Source: Octopus sinensis (taxonomy: Eukaryota). Taken from it: a DNA stretch of 64,000 nt. Where the stretch lies: positions 62,186,001-62,250,000 of the forward strand of contig NC_043000.1 in the NCBI RefSeq assembly GCF_006345805.1. Direction: 5' to 3'. The position numbers were made by a program, and so were the translations under genes. Below, in pieces: positions 55,075 to 64,000 of the stretch (positions are counted from its first letter, which is position 1; every line of letters starts with the position of its first letter). The notes under the pieces were generated by a model. That model was not told where the DNA came from. It did no database searches and saw only the letters and a program-made list of their open reading frames with translations.

Positions 55075-55377
55075 ATTAATATGGCATTTATAGATATAAG
55101 AATAATCGCTGCCGCTGGTCAGCTCCATGAGCCACCGCCTCAAGTAGCTTGATACACGATCTGTATCCTTTAAACCTTCGAATGTACATTGACAAGGGGG
55201 CAACCCGAAAACGCGTCTGTAGCTGTCGGACTGGGCAGTGTGAAGCGGCTGACCTCCCTTGTTCGAAGGTTATAATGGATACAGATCGTGTATCAATAGC
55301 TATCTTGATGGCGGTGGCCTCATGGAGCTGACCAGCGGCAGCAATTATTCTTATATCTATAAGAATGCCATATTAAT
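55075..55377. mobile_element. Foldback with ~110-bp arms (55075-55182 / 55262-55377); U3-A8 HHR-like motif in loop (55185-55221, +)
   Basis: TACA-TTGACAA-GGGGG CAA CCC-GAAAA-CGCGTC-TGTA. Confidence 0.75.
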
Positions 55378-55831
55378 CCTTTCATCCTTCAACCATTCAC
55401 CAATTCAACTTCGATATTCCCTTACCATTAAAATCAGTCACTTTTAAGATTCAATTGTATTACTTGCCAGTGTTTGCAAACGTATTCCACGTCACCGTGT
55501 ATTTGTAAATCCATTTGTAATTTAAACTGAATAAGGAACCTGATAGAACATGACAGGACATGAAACAGGTTAATGGGAACGGGAACTGGAAATAACTTCC
55601 GCTTTTTGCGGGTATTATCGGGTAATTCAGGTAGTATATATATAGGCGCAGGAGTGGCTGTGTGGTAAGTAACTTGCTTACGAACCACATGGCTCCGGGT
55701 TCAGTCGCACTGCATGGCACCTCGAGCCGACCAAAGTCTTGTGAGTGGATTTCGTAGACAGAAAATGAAAGAAGCCGTCATATATATATATATATATATA
55801 CACACACCTGTATATATCTATAGCTATATAT

Positions 55832-55905
55832 ATGTACTGAAGAAGTCACGGACACTTGAATTATGCAAGTAATTCTTTTGTTAAGACCGAAACCGAGGTA
55901 TGCAT
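55832..55905 (+). ncRNA. Type-I HHR, canonical core, extended stem II with A.C mismatch at 10.1/11.1
   Basis: ATGTA-CTGAAGA-AGTC...GACC-GAAA-C CGAG G-TA-TGCAT. Confidence 0.6.
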
Positions 55906-56237
55906 TTAAGTCTGTTTTTTATTTAATTTTTCATATGTCCTGCCCGCCAAATTTGGTTCTGGTGTTCGCTGAATTCTTCCTCTAGAGAATTTCCCTTGTA
56001 GTTTGATCGTTGATGATCTATTTCTAGCATTCTGGCCGGCTACCTAGCAGGCCAGCCCTGCCAATAACACATATATTTGAAGTTTCTCGACTCCTCAGAT
56101 TTTTTTTATGCTGGGACTACTGGTTTTAAATTGATATTAAATTAATATTAATTTATCTCCCTCAATTTTAAATTTTTATTATATATATACACACCTGTAT
56201 ATATATATAGCTATATATATATATATATATATAGTTA

Positions 56238-56287
<50 letters not shown>

Positions 56288-56367
56288 CACACTGTATATA
56301 TCTATAGCTTATATATATATATTATATATATATATATATATATACATTATAGATATAATATATATAT

Positions 56368-56417
<50 letters not shown>

Positions 56418-56430
56418 GATATATATAATA

Positions 56431-56481
<51 letters not shown>

Positions 56482-56484
56482 CAT

Positions 56485-56765
56485 GGAGGCGCAATGGCCT
56501 AATGTTTAGGGCAGCGACTATCGCGGTCGTAGGATCCGTTCGATTCCCAGACCGAGCGTTGTGAGTGTGTTATTGAGCGAAAACACCTAAAAGCTCCACG
56601 AGGCTCGGCAGGGGGGGGGGGGTGAGCCCTGCCGTACTCTTTCACCACTCTTTCTCCCCTCCTTTCTTCTGTTGGGCAGCGGGATGGCGTCATTTGAAGG
56701 CTAAACAATGCGAAAGCATTGTGACCAGCGATGAGTAACTACATCTGATGGACTGGTCGTTACGT
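56485..56765 (+). mobile_element. SINE family C
   Basis: GGAGGCGCAATGGCCTAATGTTTAGGGCAGCGAC head. Confidence 0.85.
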
Positions 56766-56809
56766 ATCTATCTATCTAATCCGTTATATATATGTATATA
56801 TATATATAA

Positions 56810-56841
<32 letters not shown>

Positions 56842-57569
56842 ATAGATAATATATATATATACGGATTTAGATAGATAGATACGTGAGTGCGTGTGTGAAA
56901 GAAAGAGAGAGAGAGAGATAGAGAGAGAGAGACTGTCTGTGTTGCATGGATATTTGATATTCTTCACAAGCTTTCATAGGAAGCTCTCATAGGCGAATAC
57001 TGTGATAATCCCCTAAACACATCACCGATAAACAAATCAAATGTAATAATTCCATTTGGACATCAAAAGTTGAATGATATTAATGCCGTCTTCGGGGCAT
57101 AAAGATAGATATTAAGATGAAAGAAATAATGGCTCTAGCCGACGGTAGATTATAAAGATCAACTACTTACCCGCATGAGACTACTTCAAAAACTGAAAGA
57201 AGAATATATAGTAAGTTTTAGGATATATAAGCTAAAGAAGGTTAACAAGTCATGATGTTTCAAGCAGGCGTGGAAGAGTTTGGGGCACCAATGACAAAAG
57301 TTCAGATGTGTTGCTGAGAGGATTTTAGGTGTTGAGGCTTTTCAAAAAGAAAAATCACCCTAGTTATCATGTTATAAAAGAAAATAATTTTCTAAGAAAT
57401 TCCTGAATTTACTCTTTTACTTGTTTCAGTTATTTGACTGCGGCCATGCTGGAGCACCGCCTTTAGTCGAATCAAATAGCCCCAGAATTATTCTTTGAAG
57501 CCTAGTACTTTCTTATCGGCTCTTTTGCCGAACCGCTAAGTTACGGAACCTAAACACACTAGCATCGGT

Positions 57570-57669
57570 NNNNNNNNNNNNNNNNNNNNNNNNNNNNNNN
57601 NNNNNNNNNNNNNNNNNNNNNNNNNNNNNNNNNNNNNNNNNNNNNNNNNNNNNNNNNNNNNNNNNNNNN
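57570..57669. other. Assembly gap (100 N)
   Basis: Run of N. Confidence 1.
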
Positions 57670-57854
57670 CTCCGGCAGGGGGGGGGTGAGCCTGCCGTAC
57701 TCTTTCACCACTCTTTCTCCCACTCTTTCTTCTGTTGGCCAGCGGGATGCGTCATTTGAAGGCTAAAACAATGCGAACGCATTGTGGACCAGCGATGAGT
57801 AACTACATCTGATGGACTGGTCGGTCACGTATCTATCTATCTAAATCCGATATA

Positions 57855-57896
<42 letters not shown>

Positions 57897-58449
57897 TACG
57901 GATTTAGATAGATAGATAACGTGAGTGCGTGTGTGAAGAAAGAGAGAGAGGAGAGATAGAGAGAGAGAGACTGTCTGTGTTGCATGGATATTTGATATTC
58001 TTCACAAGCTTTCATAGGAAGCTCTCATAGGCGAATACGTTGATAATCCCCTAAACACATCACCGATAACAAATCAAATGTAATAATTCCATTTGGACAT
58101 CAAAAGTTGAATGATATTAATGCCGTCTTCGGGGCATAAAGATAGATATTAAGATGAAAGAAATAATGGCTCTAGCCGACGGTAGATTATAAAGATCAAC
58201 TACTTACCCGCATGAGACTACTTCAAAAACTGAAAGAAGAAATATAGTAAGTTTTAGGATATAAGCTAAAGAAGGTTAACAAGTCATGATGTTTCAAGCA
58301 GGCGTGGAAGAGTTTGGGGCACCAATGACAAAAGTTCAGATGTGTTGCTGAGAGGATTTTAGGTGTTGAGGCTTTTCAAAAAGAAAAATCACCCTAGTTA
58401 TCATGTTATAAAAGAAAATAATTTTCTAAGAAATTTCCTGAATTTACTC

Positions 58450-58664
58450 TTTTACTTGTTTCAGTTATTTGACTGCGGCCATGCTGGAGCACCGCCTTTA
58501 GTCGAATCAAATAGCCCCAAGAATTATTCTTTGTAAGCCTAGTACTTACTCTATCGGTCTCTTTTGCCGAACCGCTAAGTTACGGGAACCTAAACACACT
58601 AGCATCGGTTGTCAAGTGATGTTGGGAGGACAAACACAGATACACAACATATACACACACATGC

Positions 58665-58705
<41 letters not shown>

Positions 58706-58860
58706 ATATATGATGGGCTTCTTTCAATTTCCGTCAAACAAATCCACTCACAAGGCTTTGGTCACCCCGGGGTTAAAGTAGAAGGTGCCACGCATTGGGA
58801 CTGAACTGGGAACCATGTGGTTGATAAGCAAGCTACTTACCGCACAGCCACTCCTGCGCC
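58450..58860 (-). mobile_element. SINE family A
   Basis: Family consensus match. Confidence 0.88.
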
Positions 58861-58972
58861 TGTGCAGATCTGACATGCTAGTAAGTGAATCAGTAAAGAC
58901 ATTTCGATTGGCAGGGCTACATGCACACATACATGTGCACAAACACACATATATATTTATGTATGAATGAAT

Positions 58973-59010
<38 letters not shown>

Positions 59011-59269
59011 TAATATATTATATTTGGATTTGGTTTGCAAGATTCTTTATGAGAGTTCGTGTGTTGAAGTATATTCTGTTGTGTTTGGGAAGAATCATTC
59101 TCTTTTGGTGACTTATAATTTAATACACTTACCGGTAAAATTTCCACTTGTAAAAATCACCTCCTGTAACTACACTTTCACACCATCATGGCGTCTGATG
59201 TAGTTTTTTATTTTTTTAAACCAGACAATGTTTTGAAAAGACACCCACATAGAATGTACATCCGAGTTG

Positions 59270-59560
59270 GATCACTAAGAGCTACAGATAAGTTCTGAAT
59301 CTTAAAATGTCTTTTGAGGCCTCCGTTAGATTTGCAAACATTCTTGTATACACTGAATTCAAAGGTGTGCACGGACATGTAGGCAGAATAGTCGGTGGAG
59401 GTTCATTTTCTACGGGTTCGCAAATGAGATTTGAGCCCAGCAAAAGAAAGGCATGGTCTGTCATAAACTGTGCACAGAAAAAGGTCATTGTCATTCAACC
59501 TCTCGAGCGTAACATTCTTCCTTAGATCTCTTTTGAGTCTTACGTAAATGAAAAAAATAT
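59270..59560 (-). pseudogene. RTE-clade LINE ORF2 C-terminal fragment
   Basis: FLCTVYDRPCLSFAGLKSHLRT and SVYKNVCKSNGGLKRHFKI, matching the C-x2-C..C-x-S-x-x-G-L-x-S-H motif at RTE/BovB ORF2 ends. Confidence 0.7.
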
Positions 59561-60307
59561 ATAAAGTAACGACGTAACGTATACTGAATGTGAAAACGAA
59601 CGAGAGATAAACAGAAAGTCCATAATTCTTCATCAGTTATCGACCAATGGTATTGTTAAGTTTCGCAACTTTAACTAAAAGACTGAGTGCTTCCCATTTG
59701 GTGGTGCCCGTAAAAATTAGTTTTCTTACGTAGAGTTAGGGACAAGAGCCAAACAAAACGAAACAAAACAAGCAAAACTAAATTGTGTGATTTAGGACGG
59801 GGGCGAGGAAAAAACAGTCGAACAAAATACTGCCTTGAGGGCAAGGAAACGTGAATAATAATAGGTAACGCCTCGGAAATGTTTTAAAGATTGGAGAACG
59901 GAGACGCAGAATTTGCGACTGGTCAGCTGAGAGACCAGTCTAAGAAAGGAAGAAAAAGACGAACTGGCCGCTGTTCACTTGACTGCAGCAGACAAAGGAG
60001 AAAGACAGCAGGGAGAGGGAGCAACAGAGAAAAGAAGGGTTAAGCGGATGAAGGGGACGAGAAAGGCTAGGAATAAAAGAGGGAGAGAGAGAGAGAAAAA
60101 TGGTGTTAGTAAAAAGGCTAGAACAGAAGTGGCAGTGAGAGAAAGAAAAAGGGAAAGGATAACGGAGAAAAATTTGCGACAAGTCAGCTTAGGGATCAGT
60201 CTAAGAAAAGAAGAAAAAGAGGCACTGGATGCTGGTCACGTGACAGCAGCAGACAGAGGAGAAAGATGTGTGTGTGTGTTTGTTTGTGTTTGTGTGTGTG
60301 TGTGTGT

Positions 60308-60339
<32 letters not shown>

Positions 60340-60348
<9 letters not shown>

Positions 60349-62220
60349 AATAAAATGAGACAGCAAAGCCAAGGCCGTGTGGAATTTCAGGACATTTATA
60401 TAAAGAAAGTGAGTCTCGCATCTCTTTCTGGGATATTAGGGATATCCCTTCATCAGGCACGATGTGAGATGGTTAAATAGAGGGAAATATTAGAGTTCAA
60501 TATAAGGAGTTATTTAGAAAAGGAAGCAAATAAGGAGTGTATAGGGAAATAGGAGGATGAATGAAGAAATAAAAATAAAAATATATAAAGATGTTATAGT
60601 TGCAGTTCCATTATCCAAGGAATGTGGTGTGTAGAAGTGGTAGAAATGCTCCTTGTTCGTGGTATGTAAATCCCAATAGGAGTTCATATTTTGTCTTCAC
60701 AAATGGAAAGTGTAGAGACGTAGGTTCCGTGTGCCGTTCATTGATAGGGGTTTTGTGGTGTGAGGGGAGAAGAGATGTGTATGTTAAAATGAAGAGAGAG
60801 GTCAAAGGAAAAGCTGAGAAAAGAAGGAAAGAAAGGAAGAAAAGAAAAGGAAAAAGTGTGTAAGTGAAAAAATGTGATAAAAGGAGTGTTAGTTGGTGGT
60901 CAAGATATCATGAGGGGGTGGGAGAGGCGTATGGGAGGAGTAGGAAGAGTAATGAATATGTGTGAGGTGTGTTAGGTGGGTGAGATGTTAGAATGGCACT
61001 AAGAGATGGGTACAAAAATGGTATAGGAGGATGGGACTTCTAAAGGGAGTGGTAAACCACAAAACGGAAGGGAAGAATGGTCAAGTTTCTATCAATAGAC
61101 ATATTTGTTTACTCTATTGGCTAATGTGATAGTGTGGATAGAGGAATAAGAAAGAAAGAAAGAAAGAAAGAAAGAAGAGAGAAAGAAGTGTATATCGATA
61201 TACGCACACGTCGTTTTTTAGTATGCTGGACTACAATTTCCCTCGTCAACATAAATATTACTCTATCTTTAATAGATCTATCTTAAAGCTATCCTACTCG
61301 TCTCCGTCCAACTTTGAGTCTATCATAACAGCCTCTTATAAACGAAAACTTCCTCTCTATTATCAAAACTTAATTTGTAACAACTCTGAACACATGAGCG
61401 CTTAACATATACATAGCTCCAGTATCGAGCCCTATACTTTAGACTACAGCGGAAACCCTACCAATCCCACTAACATTAACCAGAAAACTACAACCACAAC
61501 TTTCATAACTATTACAAATTGAATAAATAACAACAATGACAGAAATAATGATGATAATTAATTATGTTAATAGCATAGACCAGTCTACCCTTATCTCTAA
61601 CCTCTCCTCTGACAGAATTACTCCTCCATAAGCCCCACAATGCATTACCATATAACTGCCCTCTACAAACCAATTGAAGAAGGTTTAATCTAATTTATAA
61701 ATGCACCGTCCTCGACACGTTACACAATTCTAAAGCCATATATATAGGATCAACTATATAATTTAAACAACGATACGTTACACATCTCAGTTCTTTTAGA
61801 TACGAGAAACATAGTAAATCCGCAACACACGCCAGTCACATACATCACCTCAAAAACAGAAATATTCCCTACATCTTGACATGGTCCATAATAGATTCAG
61901 GGCTTCCATACCAAGGTTAACGCTCACCTGTAATCTATGTCTAAAAGAGGTATTCCACATATTCAAACACAACTCTTCAATACTACTAAATAAATATAAT
62001 GAGGCCTTAGGTACTTGCAACCATCGCTTTATTCATACCTTCAAATTTTACCACAAATCTAAATGTAACCTAAATACCCACACAGCACATATCCCGAACA
62101 CCACTTGGGTAATCCCAAACAATCCTATTTGATTTCCATTAATTTTTTAACTCTCCAATGTTATTTTAATTGTACGTATATGGACATGCATATGCGTACA
62201 TATGCGGATATATGTACGTA
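60340..62220. mobile_element. Neptune-type Penelope-like element with inversion: inverted 3' UTR/pLTR with HHR remnant (60413-60460, -) and forward linker/GIY-YIG fragment (61225-62050, +)
   Basis: LDYNFPRQHKYYSIFNRSILKLSYSSPSNFESII; NCPL..LIYKCTV..KAIYIGST..FKQRYVTHLSSFR..W.II..TCNLCLKE..LLNKYNE..TCNH. Confidence 0.85.
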
Positions 62221-62309
62221 TATTTTAAAATACTTATAAATTATTTATCAATTGTAATTTTTACAAAAAGATGGATATGAGAGAAAAGCTTGAAGTTGAC
62301 CTTTTATTT

Positions 62310-62600
62310 AAAATTCGATATGGGCTCTAGATGTGGCTATCAGCTTCTTGAGTCGCCCAGGAATTGTGTCAACTGATTTCACTAGATACTCTCGTGGGGT
62401 GGAAAAAGATATAACTTCTAATATTCGCCCTTCAGCTTCTTCCAAGATATTTGGTTGGTACTGTAGACTTGTTCCGTTAACCAACTCCAAAGAAAGAAGT
62501 CACAGGGTGTTCAGTCACAGGCTGGCCACACATGCAGAGCACAACGACCCATCCATCTCGTGGGTAAGTGGATATTCAGTCATTCACGAACAAGAGATTA
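62310..62600 (-). pseudogene. Tc1/mariner-superfamily transposase C-terminal fragment
   Basis: HLPTRWMGRCALHVWPA..D*TPCDFFLWSWLTEQVYST (WPxRSPDLTPxDFFLW-like), then REYLVKSVDTIPGRLKKLIATSRAHIEF*. Confidence 0.8.
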
Positions 62601-62717
62601 CAGATTAAATTCTCAAAGAGACAAAAACCAAAATTTGAGAAAAAATTACAGTTAAGAAATAAGTTATAAGTATTTTAATATAAGATGTTACTTTTCAATC
62701 ACCCTATATATATACAT

Positions 62718-62792
<75 letters not shown>

Positions 62793-63254
62793 CAACAAAC
62801 AAAGGTTGCTTTAGAAGCGTTGAGATGTATTGAAAGATACAGATGAGGAAATAATTTTATTCTCAAACACAGTGAATTCGAGAGTCATGGCTGGTCACCG
62901 ACAGGTTTTTCTGCAAAATATGGATAGTGTACCCTGTCCATACTATATTATTAGCATTATCCTGCGTTTGAGAATAAAATTATTTCCCTATCTGTATCTT
63001 TCAATACATCTCCACGTTTCTAAAGCAAACTTTGTTGACTTTCTATGCAAATTGAATTTAAAGTACGATAACGACTTATAAAGCTAGATTCATAAATTCT
63101 AAATTTGCAGAAAAACTTGTCGTTGGGGCAGTTTAGCTTAAGGGTAAAGCACTTGACGGGTAACAACAGGAAGTGAGTTCGAGTCTCATGGCTGGCCACC
63201 GAGAGATTTATCTGCAAAATATGGATAGTGTATCCTGTTCATGCTATATTTCCT

Positions 63255-63360
<106 letters not shown>

Positions 63361-63662
63361 GTGTGTGTGTGCTGAATAAAACATTTTTAGAAATAAAAAT
63401 ACTTAAGGCTGCAAAAGCGCACATTTATATACACTGACCGGGGAAATAATCGCCAATGAGCAAAGCTGGAAATCACTGGACCAGACTAGTTTCGTCACTT
63501 AATTTCAGACACGTCAGCAGTGTCTATCCCCATTGCTCAGATGATTCAGCTAAAAACCCTCTGTCAGGATATATGTTTACCATATGAATTTATTGCAGAT
63601 TTAGTGAAATGCTAATGTGTATCCACGCAAGATACACACACACACACACCACACATATATAT

Positions 63663-63707
<45 letters not shown>

Positions 63708-63804
63708 GTGTCTGGGGAGAGTCATTTTCTTTTTTTGCCTTATAATTTAACACACTCGTCGGTAAAATTTCCACTTATTCCTTATTTTCCTTATGTATAT
63801 ATAT

Positions 63805-63925
63805 CGGCCTGCTCGCTTAGCCAGCGGGGTGGCGTCATTTGAAGGCTAAAACAATGCGAAGCGCATTGTGACCAGCGATGTGTAGCAACATCTGATACCC
63901 TGGTCGGTCACATGATCACGTGATA
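63805..63925 (+). mobile_element. SINE family C 3' part
   Basis: GGCCTGCTCGCTTAGCCAGCGGGGTGGCGTCATTTGAAGGCTAAAAC. Confidence 0.8.
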
Positions 63926-64000
63926 TATATATATATATATGAAAAAACAAGTCAAAAATAGAAAATGCTAAAATAATTTTATAGTGAATCTTTCAGTACC

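Noticed and set aside
56604-58609. ~950-bp direct duplication on both sides of the N gap
   Set aside because: The copies are near-identical, differ mainly by homopolymer indels and meet exactly at the gap. This is typical of an unmerged contig overlap.

Overview
This is AT-rich, microsatellite-dense eukaryotic non-coding DNA. The SINE families look like those of Octopus (inferred, not verified). I cannot support any intact host gene, and most ORFs in the supplied track are translations of (TA)n, (CA)n or (AAT)n repeats. The window contains three tRNA-derived SINE families and decayed coding fragments of a Helitron (7.2-8.2 kb), R4/Dong-clade RLE LINEs (12.8, 20.3, 22.3 kb), an RTE LINE (59.3 kb), a Tc1/mariner transposase (62.3 kb) and four Penelope-like element (PLE) GIY-YIG/RT fragments (18.0, 24.9, 53.7, 61.2 kb). 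It also holds a Merlin-like MITE and a zinc-knuckle ORF1-only insertion with an 18-bp TSD nested in a SINE. The main signal is about 15 minimal type-I hammerhead ribozyme (HHR) motifs, read by eye. They sit at PLE ends and inside non-coding, (TA)n-embedded foldback elements and tandem-plus-inverted arrays. Their catalytic cores show three alternative Watson-Crick states of the 3-8 tertiary pair (C3-G8, U3-A8, G3-C8), often with palindromic dimer-type stem III. Some have very long stem II. One array splits a SINE at its central (TA)n, which points to insertion. Together this suggests a population of non-autonomous, ribozyme-bearing (retrozyme-like) PLE derivatives. HHRs in PLE pseudo-LTRs are already known; the core covariation, foldback architecture and arrays are the parts worth testing. 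A 100-N gap at 57570-57669 is flanked by a probably artefactual duplication.
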